Shown here one piece after another: positions 26,939 through 34,454 of a stretch of 34,454 nucleotides of DNA. The number at the start of each line of letters is the position of its first letter. Positions within the stretch are counted from its first letter, which is position 1. The DNA is from a virus. Its lineage: Duplodnaviria; Caudoviricetes. A program made the position numbers and the translations under genes. The stretch spans positions 1 to 34,454 of IMG/VR virus record IMGVR_UViG_3300030012_001177; one strand, 5' to 3'. The notes beneath the pieces were generated by a model. The model had not been told where the DNA came from. It ran no database searches and was given only the letters and a program-made list of their open reading frames with translations.

Positions 26939-27420
26939 TGGAGCTAGTAGTATTACGCTACAACACATCTCATGATAGCACCAACGGAATGTTGTTGCAA
27001 AAGACTTCGATAGGTTACGACTTTCTTTGCTACACGCTAGAAGATGAAGAAAGGGTTGTCAAAGTAAAACACGAAACAATGATACCTTACGGAAGGTATG
27101 AAATAAAATTAAGGAGAGAGGGTGGATTTCATAATAAGTATAGCAAAAGATTTCCTGATATACACGATGGTATGCTTCATATCACTAATGTTCCTAACTT
27201 TGAGTATATTCTTATACATTGTGGAAATACTGATGAGCATACTTCAGGCTGTTTACTCGTTGGTGATAGTCAAGAAAACAACTCGTTAATTACAGGTGGT
27301 TTTATAGGTAAGTCTACACAGGCATACAAAAGAATTTACAAACCCATTTGCGAGGCTCTGCAGAAAAAAGAAGAAGTTTTTATAGAGTATAAGCACATAA
27401 ATGATTTTATGGATATTTAA
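26938..27420 (+). CDS. Putative endolysin, DUF5675 family
   Basis: CYTLED, ET.IP.G.Y, VPNF..ILIH.GNT...T.GCLLVG motifs. Confidence 0.85.
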   Translation: MELVVLRYNTSHDSTNGMLLQKTSIGYDFLCYTLEDEERVVKVKHETMIPYGRYEIKLRREGGFHNKYSKRFPDIHDGMLHITNVPNFEYILIHCGNTDEHTSGCLLVGDSQENNSLITGGFIGKSTQAYKRIYKPICEALQKKEEVFIEYKHINDFMDI

Positions 27421-27489
27421 CCCTTGCTAAAGGGTTCAAATAGGGTTGTTTATACCCTATATAATAAAGATAAGGATAAAAATAAAGAT
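27420..27489 (+). repeat. Origin-like element copy B
   Basis: ACCCT(27420), AGGG(27431), AGGG(27442), ACCCT(27454), ATAATAAAGATAAGGATAAAAATAAAGAT. Confidence 0.7.
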
Positions 27490-27879
27490 ATGAGTATATT
27501 AAGAAAAATATTTAGTAGTGGTGCAAAAGATTTAGTTGATAGTGTTGGAAATGCTATTGACAAGATACATACGTCTGCAGAAGAAAAAGAGCTTGTAAAG
27601 AACGAGATAAACAAAGCCATACACGAGTTTGAAAAAAGCATACAGATTGAGGTTACTAAACGTTGGGAGGCTGATATGAACGGAAATTGGCTTACCAAAT
27701 CTATCAGGCCATTGTCTTTAGCTTTTTTATTGCTTGTTCTTACTGTATTTACTTTAATTGACTTTGGTTATGTAGATATGGATATTAAGGGTTCTTGGAT
27801 TGACCTATGGCAGCTACTAGCGATTACTGCTTTTGGAGCATATTTTGGTGGTCGTTCATATGAAAAAGTTAAAAAATAG
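27490..27879 (+). CDS. Holin (GTA 3TM-like)
   Basis: RWEADM..WL.K.IRP, TM helices, GAYFGGRS.EK; likely start ATG 27490. Confidence 0.85.
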   Translation: MSILRKIFSSGAKDLVDSVGNAIDKIHTSAEEKELVKNEINKAIHEFEKSIQIEVTKRWEADMNGNWLTKSIRPLSLAFLLLVLTVFTLIDFGYVDMDIKGSWIDLWQLLAITAFGAYFGGRSYEKVKK

Positions 27880-27912
27880 TTTGGTAGGTAAGGGTTTCTT
27901 TACTTACATTTG
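27880..27912 (+). promoter_or_regulatory. Bacteroidota sigma-A promoter
   Basis: TTTG (27880-27883), 21-nt spacer, TACATTTG (27905-27912). Confidence 0.75.
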
Positions 27913-27915
27913 TAG

Positions 27916-28003
27916 TTCACTTATGTTTCTTAATTGACGTAATTGTAATCATTTTGGGGAAAATGTGGAAATAGGGTTCATTTATTGTTCCCTATTTTTT
28001 TTT
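27916..28003 (+). ncRNA. Candidate ~85-nt small RNA
   Basis: Bounded by a consensus promoter and a terminator; only a 4-codon ORF; 5' end approximate. Confidence 0.55.
27969..28003 (+). terminator. Rho-independent terminator
   Basis: AAATAGGG-N13-CCCTATTT followed by a long T-run. Confidence 0.8.
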
Positions 28004-28032
28004 GTTGAGTTTTTTTATTAAATTGCAACATT

Positions 28033-28794
28033 ATGAAACTGTATAGACCAAGACTGACTCAAAAAGAATATGAACTAATACAGCAACATCGTGGTAACAA
28101 TGGCGTGGGTATCATAGGAGATACACACGAGCCTTTCTGCCACCCTGATTACAGAAACTTTTGTTATGAGGTGTTTGATAGATTTGGTGTTTCAGAAATA
28201 GTACACATTGGAGATGAGGTAGATAACGCTGCATTATCTTATCACGAAAAGCTTACAGATATGCCTAATGCAGAAAGTGAGGCAGAACAGGCTCAAAGAG
28301 CTATGGAGATGTGGTACTCTACATTTCCTGATGTTAAGGTTTGTGTAGGAAATCATTCTGCACTACCATTCAGACAGGCAACAACAGCAGGTATTCCAAA
28401 AAGGTTTTTAAAGTCTTATGAAGAAATATGGAAAGCACCAAAGGGTTGGAGTTGGGAGCTTAATTGGGAAATAGACAATGTTATCTATGAACACGGAACA
28501 GGATCGTCAGGAGCAAGAGCAGCAGTCAACAGAGCAACAGCTAATAGACAATCTACAGTCATAGGTCATTGTCATTCTTTTGGTGGAGTAAACTATATGG
28601 CATCTCGTAATGATTTAATCTTTGGAATGAATGTAGGCTGTGGTATTGATGTAGATGCTATGGCTTTTAGCTATGGTAAAAACTTTCCTAAAAAACCTAC
28701 TCTTGGTTGTGGTATAGTTCTTGACGGTGGAAAGACCGCATTGTTTATTCCAATGGACTTAGGCTCAAAAATAATTCACAAGAATACACTCTAG
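28033..28794 (+). CDS. Calcineurin-like metallophosphoesterase
   Basis: GDTH, GDEVD, GNH, HG and GHCH motifs. Confidence 0.9.
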   Translation: MKLYRPRLTQKEYELIQQHRGNNGVGIIGDTHEPFCHPDYRNFCYEVFDRFGVSEIVHIGDEVDNAALSYHEKLTDMPNAESEAEQAQRAMEMWYSTFPDVKVCVGNHSALPFRQATTAGIPKRFLKSYEEIWKAPKGWSWELNWEIDNVIYEHGTGSSGARAAVNRATANRQSTVIGHCHSFGGVNYMASRNDLIFGMNVGCGIDVDAMAFSYGKNFPKKPTLGCGIVLDGGKTALFIPMDLGSKIIHKNTL

Positions 28795-28830
28795 TATTTA
28801 AAAGTTTTTTTACTTTTTTCTACATTTTTA

Positions 28831-28861
28831 TTTGGTGTTATAAATAATTGTTGTATATTTG
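28831..28861 (+). promoter_or_regulatory. Bacteroidota sigma-A promoter (early/replication operon)
   Basis: TTTG (28831-28834), 19-nt spacer, TATATTTG (28854-28861). Confidence 0.85.
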
Positions 28862-28892
28862 CATCAGTTATTAACATTTAAACCCTGATTAT

Positions 28893-29126
28893 ATGGAAGA
28901 AATTAAAGTTCAAAAAGTCAAATTAGGAGATGTAAACTTTATGATAGACAGACAAATAGAAGAAATTTGTGGTCTAATAAAAGACTCCTACCTAAAAGAA
29001 GCAGATATGATTTCAGAGGGCGATAACACACAGGCAGAGTTCTGTCGTGGAAAAGCGTTTGCATATGACTATGCAATCAAATCATTAGCAATATTACAAT
29101 CACAAATGAAAAACCTTTTAAAATAA
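28893..29126 (+). CDS. Hypothetical protein
   Basis: First ORF after the promoter. Confidence 0.65.
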   Translation: MEEIKVQKVKLGDVNFMIDRQIEEICGLIKDSYLKEADMISEGDNTQAEFCRGKAFAYDYAIKSLAILQSQMKNLLK

Positions 29127-29131
29127 TTATT

Positions 29132-29542
29132 ATGTCAGAAATTAAAACAGAAACTAAAAAAGAAACGTTAAGAAGATTGTTTACAGAAAACGGTCTAGTT
29201 CAAGAAGATGTGTATAAAGACAAGCGTGGATTTGTTATTATCACAAGAACAGGTATAGATAAGATTGTGAGCAATCGTGGAATACAGTTGGAGTATGAGC
29301 CAATAGTGATGGAAAGAGATTGGGTGGTAATGCGATGCACTGCCTTTATGACTAAGGGAAAAGAGATTGGACAAACCAAAACAGAAACCTTTGGAGAGAG
29401 TAGCTCAGACAACACTATGGGTCTTGCAGGTAAGTTCCCTGTTGCTATGGCAGAGAAACGTGCAAAATCAAGAGCTGTTCTAATGCTTACAGGTTTTTAT
29501 GAGCAAGGCTTGTATGGACAAGACGAAATGATAAATGAATAA
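29132..29542 (+). CDS. Conserved phage protein, possible ssDNA-annealing/recombination protein
   Basis: IITRTGIDKI...TFGE...AMAEKRAKSRAVL; located in the replication module; function is inference. Confidence 0.5.
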   Translation: MSEIKTETKKETLRRLFTENGLVQEDVYKDKRGFVIITRTGIDKIVSNRGIQLEYEPIVMERDWVVMRCTAFMTKGKEIGQTKTETFGESSSDNTMGLAGKFPVAMAEKRAKSRAVLMLTGFYEQGLYGQDEMINE

Positions 29543-29780
29543 TCTTGATTGGATAGACGATATACTTGCAAGTGAGCCTATAACTAATAGTCAGATAGCT
29601 ATTATAGAAGGCTTACTAGCAGGTGTCCCTTACGAACCTCAAGTAGTAAAGGATATAGATGATAGTCTTTTACACTTAACTTATCAAGAGGCTTACGACC
29701 TAATAGGTAAATTAAAGGAAGACTACATATCAAAAGACCCAAGAGAACAGTTTAATAAAATGTTTAAATATGGCGATTAG
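29535..29780 (+). CDS. Hypothetical protein
   Basis: Overlaps neighbouring genes at both ends. Confidence 0.6.
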   Translation: MNNLDWIDDILASEPITNSQIAIIEGLLAGVPYEPQVVKDIDDSLLHLTYQEAYDLIGKLKEDYISKDPREQFNKMFKYGD

Positions 29781-29988
29781 AAAACACGCACTAACTAAAG
29801 AGGGTGCTATTGTAGCAATCACAAGAAAACAATTAAAAGATATGGGTAAAGAAACTGAAATACAAAAAAAGTTTGTTGAACTATATATGTTGGAAAGTGA
29901 TGAAAGAATAGCAGAAACTTATAGATTAGAATTTGGAACAGAATTAGTAATAGTTAAAAATATAAAAAATGAAAAAAGCAAGAAATAA
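29770..29988 (+). CDS. Hypothetical protein
   Basis: Overlaps neighbouring genes at both ends. Confidence 0.6.
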   Translation: MAIRKHALTKEGAIVAITRKQLKDMGKETEIQKKFVELYMLESDERIAETYRLEFGTELVIVKNIKNEKSKK

Positions 29989-30190
29989 TTTTGAGGCTCT
30001 TATGAGAGTTGAAGGAATATCAAAAAGAAAGTTTGGTCAGATAACAGGAGTTAGTGGCACTACAATAGATAAGTATTTAGAAAACCCTACAATGTTAAGG
30101 TTAAAGCACTTATCATTGTTAGCAAAAAACTCTAACATTACTGAAGAAGAGTTGCTGAACACAATAAACGTGGAGAGTAATGAGCTTTAG
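29969..30190 (+). CDS. XRE/Cro-like HTH protein
   Basis: GISKRKFGQITGVSGTTIDKYLENP HTH. Confidence 0.8.
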   Translation: MKKARNNFEALMRVEGISKRKFGQITGVSGTTIDKYLENPTMLRLKHLSLLAKNSNITEEELLNTINVESNEL

Positions 30191-30602
30191 AATGGAGCTT
30201 CTTAAGTCTGCTGTTTGTAAGCACTACAACATAACGCCTTCTGAACTACACAGTAAGTCAAGGAAGATGGAGGTAGTTGGTGCTAGAAGAATGTTTTACT
30301 TCTTTGCTAGAAAGCATTTTAATAAAACATACACTAGCATAGCAAATATGTTTGGCGCTAATCACGCAACTGTGATTCATCACGAAAGAAAACTTTTAGG
30401 CTATCTTGAATTTGATAAAGTTGAAATGAGAAGGTACATAAGCATAAGAGATTTGGTGTTTGAGGAAAAGACCTTCCTAAACATTCAAGACGAGTTTGAC
30501 TGCCTTAATAGAGAAAAAATTATTATCGAAGATAGAATGAATGAAATTAAAAATGAACTTAAAATAATAAACAACAAAAACAATTTTAATTATGGAGATT
30601 AA
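30180..30602 (+). CDS. Stand-alone DnaA domain IV (C-terminal DNA-binding) protein
   Basis: VC.HY.I...EL.SKSRK.EVV.AR....F..R......T.IA..FG.NHATVIH matches DnaA domain IV. Confidence 0.85.
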   Translation: MSFRMELLKSAVCKHYNITPSELHSKSRKMEVVGARRMFYFFARKHFNKTYTSIANMFGANHATVIHHERKLLGYLEFDKVEMRRYISIRDLVFEEKTFLNIQDEFDCLNREKIIIEDRMNEIKNELKIINNKNNFNYGD

Positions 30603-30906
30603 TGGAATATTAGAAGCTAAGTTTGAAACAAAAGAATTTTCAAGTGGCTTTAGAAAGAAGGAGTTTGTAGTAAACACTCGCGGAGAATATCCACAGGTTA
30701 TTAAAATGGAAGTCGTAAAAGATAACATTGAGAAGATAGATACGATTCCTGTTGGAACAGAAGTTACCTGTAAGATAGATATTAGAGGTAGGTTGTATGA
30801 AGGAAACTATTACAACAACATTTTAGCTTGGTCGGTAAAAGTAGGCACTACGACAAAGCCTGAACCTAAACAAACTGTTGCTGAAGACGATGGCTTACCC
30901 TTTTAA
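30592..30906 (+). CDS. Single-stranded DNA-binding protein (DUF3127-like)
   Basis: FRKKEFVV...EYPQ...RGR...YYN...AW and acidic DDGLPF tail. Confidence 0.85.
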   Translation: MEINGILEAKFETKEFSSGFRKKEFVVNTRGEYPQVIKMEVVKDNIEKIDTIPVGTEVTCKIDIRGRLYEGNYYNNILAWSVKVGTTTKPEPKQTVAEDDGLPF

Positions 30907-30930
30907 CTTAAGGGAGCTTATTAGAATGTT

Positions 30931-30971
30931 TGATTGTGAGATTGAGGGGTAACACCCTCATCTCTTAATCA
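30931..30971. other. Long imperfect RNA hairpin
   Basis: TGATT..GAGA.TGAGGG-GTAACA-CCCTCA-TCTC..AATCA; followed by an A-run, not a T-run. Confidence 0.6.
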
Positions 30972-30983
30972 TAAAAAAAAACT

Positions 30984-31409
30984 ATGAAATTTGAAACCCC
31001 AAAAGACTTTGAAAGGCAGGAATTAGCTGCAAAATATTTCTGCGATAAATACGCCTACTGCTACTTTAGTCAAGGAGATTTTAGTTCTGTTGATTATGAG
31101 ATTAAAAATAAAAACCTTGACAGGATATGTGGCCTTGAGGTAAAGGGTTGTCCTAATCAAAACATTGACAGCTACGACAACTGCATAGTGTCAATGAAGA
31201 AAATTGTTGATTGTCAGGAAGAACAGATAAGATATGGTAAGCCTGTCGTTATATGTTGGGCGTTTGATGACGGCATATTATTTGACAGAATAGACAGCCT
31301 AACAGGAACTTTTAAAAAAGGTGGAAGGAAACCGCGTAAGGGTTCAGTACACGATCAAGAAATGATAGTTGTAGTTGAACGAAAAAACCTGCAAAAGATT
31401 TTGTATTAA
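30984..31409 (+). CDS. PD-(D/E)xK-type nuclease-like protein
   Basis: E...VDY...EVK catalytic-like motif. Confidence 0.6.
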   Translation: MKFETPKDFERQELAAKYFCDKYAYCYFSQGDFSSVDYEIKNKNLDRICGLEVKGCPNQNIDSYDNCIVSMKKIVDCQEEQIRYGKPVVICWAFDDGILFDRIDSLTGTFKKGGRKPRKGSVHDQEMIVVVERKNLQKILY

Positions 31410-31430
31410 AAATAATTATTTATACATTTG
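31400..31430 (+). promoter_or_regulatory. Bacteroidota sigma-A promoter for initiator gene
   Basis: TTTG (31400-31403), 19-nt spacer, TACATTTG (31423-31430). Confidence 0.75.
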
Positions 31431-31458
31431 CAAATTATTAACCCCAAAATTATATATT

Positions 31459-32121
31459 ATGGCAAAAAGAATGACAGACACAGACAAATGGAAGAAAAGA
31501 TTTGTCAGAGAATTATCACCACAACATAAGCTACTTTGGTTCTACATATTAGATGACTGCAATCACGCAGGTATATGGGAGGTGGATTTAGAAGTGGCTT
31601 CAATCCGTGTAGGCTTTGACCTATCACACAACCACCTCCCATCATCATTTGGCGAAAAAGTAATATCGTTTGATAATGGAGATAAGTGGTTCATACCTGA
31701 CTTTATTGACTTTCAGTACGGTGAGTTAAACCCAAACTCTAATGTTCATAAATCTGTAATACAACTATTAGAAAGATATAATCTTGAGGGGTATGTAAAG
31801 GGTTCACAAACCCTACCTAATACCGTACAAGATAAAGATATAGTTATAGTTAAAGAAAAGTCTAAAGCTAAAAGGTTTGCAAAACCAAAAGTTGTTGATA
31901 TTGCAGAATACTGTGTAGAAAGAAACAACTCTGTTGATGCACAGAAGTTTTACGACTATTATTCGTCTAATGGTTGGAAGGTAGGCAAAAACCCCATGAA
32001 AGATTGGAAGGCTGCCGTTAGGACTTGGGAAAAGAATACGACAGCAACACAGACTAAAGGCAAAGTACAACAATCACTAGACACTTGGCAAGAGGCTAGA
32101 CAAATGATTAACAATGGATAA
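31459..32121 (+). CDS. Phage replication initiator / replisome organizer
   Basis: MAKR.TDT.KW...L..Y..D.C.HAG.W N-domain, low-complexity linker, FYDYY.SNGWKVG.NPMKDWKAAVRTW C-domain; start ATG 31459. Confidence 0.85.
   Translation: MAKRMTDTDKWKKRFVRELSPQHKLLWFYILDDCNHAGIWEVDLEVASIRVGFDLSHNHLPSSFGEKVISFDNGDKWFIPDFIDFQYGELNPNSNVHKSVIQLLERYNLEGYVKGSQTLPNTVQDKDIVIVKEKSKAKRFAKPKVVDIAEYCVERNNSVDAQKFYDYYSSNGWKVGKNPMKDWKAAVRTWEKNTTATQTKGKVQQSLDTWQEARQMINNG
31787..31872 (+). repeat. Origin-like element copy C inside initiator gene (probable ori)
   Basis: AGGG(31787), AGGG(31799), ACCCT(31810), ACCGT(31822), then A-rich hexamers AAGATA AAGATA TAGTTA TAGTTA AAGAAA AGTCTA AAGCTA. Confidence 0.65.
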
Positions 32122-32509
32122 GAGCAGACAAATATGGTATAGGTTCAGCAACGACCTTGAGCAGCTCAATGTTGATTGCGTTGACTTGTTGAGTAAGTGT
32201 TATATGATGCTAGGTCAAAGGCCTGATACACAGCAGGTTGTAATGATGGCTAAGTTTCTTGTAGATGACCTCTCTAGGTTTTATGGTTCTATGGAAATGG
32301 ATGAGGTTGCCTTTGCTTTTGAGCAGGGAATAAGAAACTCAGAACACGGAGGCTTTGTGAATGTTCGTAATTGGAACATATGGCTCAAAGAACATAAAAC
32401 AAAGTCGCAACTACAAAGACAGCAAAAATTAGTAACAGACTTTCAAAAGCATCAACAAGGTCAAAAAATGATTAACTCAACTATTAACAAAGCAAAAAGA
32501 TTAAAATAA
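32114..32509 (+). CDS. Hypothetical protein, possible helicase loader
   Basis: Directly downstream of the initiator (lambda P / SPP1 G39P position); function inferred from position only. Confidence 0.5.
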   Translation: MDKSRQIWYRFSNDLEQLNVDCVDLLSKCYMMLGQRPDTQQVVMMAKFLVDDLSRFYGSMEMDEVAFAFEQGIRNSEHGGFVNVRNWNIWLKEHKTKSQLQRQQKLVTDFQKHQQGQKMINSTINKAKRLK

Positions 32510-32709
32510 TGGGAAAATATAAAAACGTTCAGAACATATGTAAAGACGATAAAGATGGAATATCTTACGTTGTTGTTCCTAAAATAATTAACACAGACGT
32601 AAGCTTTCAACTTATGTTTGGAAGAATGGTGTCTAAAGAACAAGCAAACACAAGACCTGTAAGAGATTCTGAAAGTGTAAGTTTTGCAAACTACTATGAA
32701 AACTATTAA
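32509..32709 (+). CDS. Hypothetical protein
   Basis: TAATG coupling to the upstream gene. Confidence 0.6.
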   Translation: MGKYKNVQNICKDDKDGISYVVVPKIINTDVSFQLMFGRMVSKEQANTRPVRDSESVSFANYYENY

Positions 32710-32727
32710 AACAAAAACATAAAAAAG

Positions 32728-32759
32728 TTTGGTAGTTACAAAATTATTTCGTATCTTTG
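32728..32759 (+). promoter_or_regulatory. Bacteroidota sigma-A promoter
   Basis: TTTG (32728-32731), 20-nt spacer, TATCTTTG (32752-32759). Confidence 0.85.
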
Positions 32760-32789
32760 TACAAGTATTAACAATTAAAACCCCAATAT

Positions 32790-33869
32790 ATGAATTACAA
32801 AACATTACTTATTGAAACATTATCAGTTCAAACTTCTTCAGGCAAGGAAGAAAAAATGATTGCCTACATTCAAGACTTCGTAAAAAAATATGTTCCTCAG
32901 GCTACAGTTGTAGTCAAGGACAACAATGTGTATGTCACCAAAGGTGTTGCAGACTACTACCCTTGTATTGTTTCTCACACAGATACAGTACACGATATGT
33001 ATCAGGACTTCGGTGTGTACGACAGAGATGGTGTTCTGTTTGCTTTCAGCAACGATGTGGAGCAGCAGGTTGGCATCGGTGGTGACGACAAGGTTGGCGT
33101 GTGGATTGGTTTACAATCCCTACTAGAAAAAGATGCTATCAAGTGTGCTTTCTTTCACAGTGAGGAGATAGGCTGTGTTGGTAGCTCTGCTGCCGATATG
33201 GACTTCTTCAAAGATGTAGGCTACTGCTTTCAGTCAGACAAGCGTGGCAACAAAGACTTTGTAAACAATATATATGGTGTTCAGTTATTTGGTGAGGACT
33301 TCTCTACTAAAATATCTAGCACACTACACAAGCACGGATATATGGAAACGTCAGGTGCATTGACAGATGTTTATCAACTAAAGCTCAATGGGTTGGGTGT
33401 ATGTGTAGCTAATATGTCTAGCGGTTACTATGCTCCACACTCAGAAAAAGAGGTTGTAGATATTGCAGATGCTATCAACTGCTACAATATGATTTCATCA
33501 CTTGTAGATTTGCTAGGCTGCAATCTATATGCTCACAAATCAGAAACTCCATCTTGGGATAGTTGGTCTGATTGGAAGCCTAGAAAGAAGAAGAAGGGTA
33601 AGTTTACAGACAGAATATCTTACAAAGAAAGCTATGACGAACTTGGGTACGCTTACGTAAATGGAAGTATAGTTGGTCACAAGCCTTACAATTATGAGTG
33701 GGATATGATAGATGAGTATAACTATGAGGATGACAACCTGCTTACTAACGTTGGTAAATGTCAATGGTGTAATGGCAAGGTTTACACATCAGACTGCCTA
33801 GATAGTTCAGAGTGCTACTGCATTGGCTGTGATGCAATAGTAGATGATAGCCAAGTAATTAAATCGTAA
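32790..33869 (+). CDS. Zn-dependent peptidase (M28/M20/M42 clan) with C-terminal Zn-finger
   Basis: HTDTVH, GGDDKVG, EEIG, DKRG, SGYY.PH metal-ligand motifs; CQWC...CIGC. Confidence 0.85.
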   Translation: MNYKTLLIETLSVQTSSGKEEKMIAYIQDFVKKYVPQATVVVKDNNVYVTKGVADYYPCIVSHTDTVHDMYQDFGVYDRDGVLFAFSNDVEQQVGIGGDDKVGVWIGLQSLLEKDAIKCAFFHSEEIGCVGSSAADMDFFKDVGYCFQSDKRGNKDFVNNIYGVQLFGEDFSTKISSTLHKHGYMETSGALTDVYQLKLNGLGVCVANMSSGYYAPHSEKEVVDIADAINCYNMISSLVDLLGCNLYAHKSETPSWDSWSDWKPRKKKKGKFTDRISYKESYDELGYAYVNGSIVGHKPYNYEWDMIDEYNYEDDNLLTNVGKCQWCNGKVYTSDCLDSSECYCIGCDAIVDDSQVIKS

Positions 33870-33872
33870 GTT

Positions 33873-34325
33873 ATGGAAACTATATTTATTATAATCTTGC
33901 TTCTTTCAGTTTTATATCTTATATTCGCACAGAGCCATACTAACTCTGACATTTGTGATATTGAAAACAAAATGGAAACAATACGCAAAAGGTTTGATGA
34001 GTATGAGTTAAGAATAAAACAATTAGAGGAAGCACTTGAAAGAGAAGGAATTTCACAGCGAAGAAAGAATACAAATAGCTATCGTAGATTATTTGAGGCT
34101 ACAATATCCAAAGTCGCTATTCACTGCAACGATGGGTGGTCAGTTTCAAAGACACTACTCTCAAAGATTAAAAGCAAAGCGAACAGGATATTTGAGAGGG
34201 GTATCAGACCTGCTTATATTCGAGCCAAACAAAACCTACAAAGGATTGTTTATAGAGCTAAAAAAAGACAGGAAGTGTTATCCCTCCAAAGAGCAGAAGA
34301 TATTCATTCAGAACGCACTAGATAG
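33873..34325 (+). CDS. Membrane-anchored coiled-coil protein; C-terminus overlaps VRR-NUC gene
   Basis: IFIIILLLSVLYLIFA TM helix then coiled coil. Confidence 0.55.
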   Translation: METIFIIILLLSVLYLIFAQSHTNSDICDIENKMETIRKRFDEYELRIKQLEEALEREGISQRRKNTNSYRRLFEATISKVAIHCNDGWSVSKTLLSKIKSKANRIFERGIRPAYIRAKQNLQRIVYRAKKRQEVLSLQRAEDIHSERTR

Positions 34326-34404
34326 AGGCTACTATGCTGTTTGTGCAAAAGGCTTTGACCAATGCAAGGATATTATAGATAAATACTTTAATGATGAAAT
34401 CTAA
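34036..34404 (+). CDS. VRR-NUC domain nuclease (putative resolvase)
   Basis: SEERIQ..IV.YL...G...GVSDL...IELK....S.EQ; TTG start. Confidence 0.85.
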   Translation: MKEKEFHSEERIQIAIVDYLRLQYPKSLFTATMGGQFQRHYSQRLKAKRTGYLRGVSDLLIFEPNKTYKGLFIELKKDRKCYPSKEQKIFIQNALDRGYYAVCAKGFDQCKDIIDKYFNDEI

Positions 34405-34454
34405 ATACTACTACGACTACACTAGAAATATAGACACAACAGAAGCGAGTTCAG
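34158..34454. repeat. Terminal direct repeat, right copy
   Basis: Matches 1-297 with 2 mismatches. Confidence 0.97.

Noticed and set aside
29969-30190. Lysogeny module
   Set aside because: The HTH is co-directional within an operon; no integrase, divergent repressor or parA seen
32926-33126. Alternative-frame + strand ORF inside the peptidase gene
   Set aside because: Short, no motif; likely chance
1-34454. Stop-codon recoding, introns/inteins, tRNAs
   Set aside because: Genes are intact under code 11 and use all three stops; no interrupted core genes or cloverleaf structures noticed

Overview
The window is an apparently complete, circularly permuted genome (~34,157 bp plus a 297-bp terminal overlap) of a tailed dsDNA siphovirus-type phage. 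Every credible gene is on the + strand. At least six promoters match the Bacteroidota sigma-A consensus (TTTG-N19-21-TAnnTTTG). Translation starts are A-rich and lack Shine-Dalgarno sites, and several families are typical of Bacteroidota phages (DUF3127 SSB, DUF5675 lysin), so the host is probably a flavobacterium or related Bacteroidota. Gene order: small early genes and a repeat-rich non-coding region (1-3.6 kb); terS/terL; a tail module with a -1 frameshifting chaperone pair, lectin-bearing tail proteins and tape measure; a Mor-like regulator; ClpP protease, capsid, tail tube, portal and adaptor; accessory virion proteins; a lysis cassette; a metallophosphoesterase; and a replication/early module (HTH, DnaA domain IV protein, SSB, nuclease, replication initiator, Zn-peptidase, VRR-NUC). 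I found no integrase, DNA polymerase, helicase, tRNA or CRISPR array. The most interesting signals are non-coding: (i) an origin-like element inside the initiator gene that recurs upstream of terS and upstream of the holin; (ii) an ~85-nt ORF-less transcript, bounded by a promoter and a terminator, that is complementary to the translation-initiation regions of several phage early genes; (iii) apparently leaderless late promoters; (iv) arrays of 11-bp and palindromic 23-bp repeats next to DnaA-box-like sites; (v) apparent absence of CCNGG and of Pro-Gly. Protein calls come from motif recognition by eye, not from database searches.
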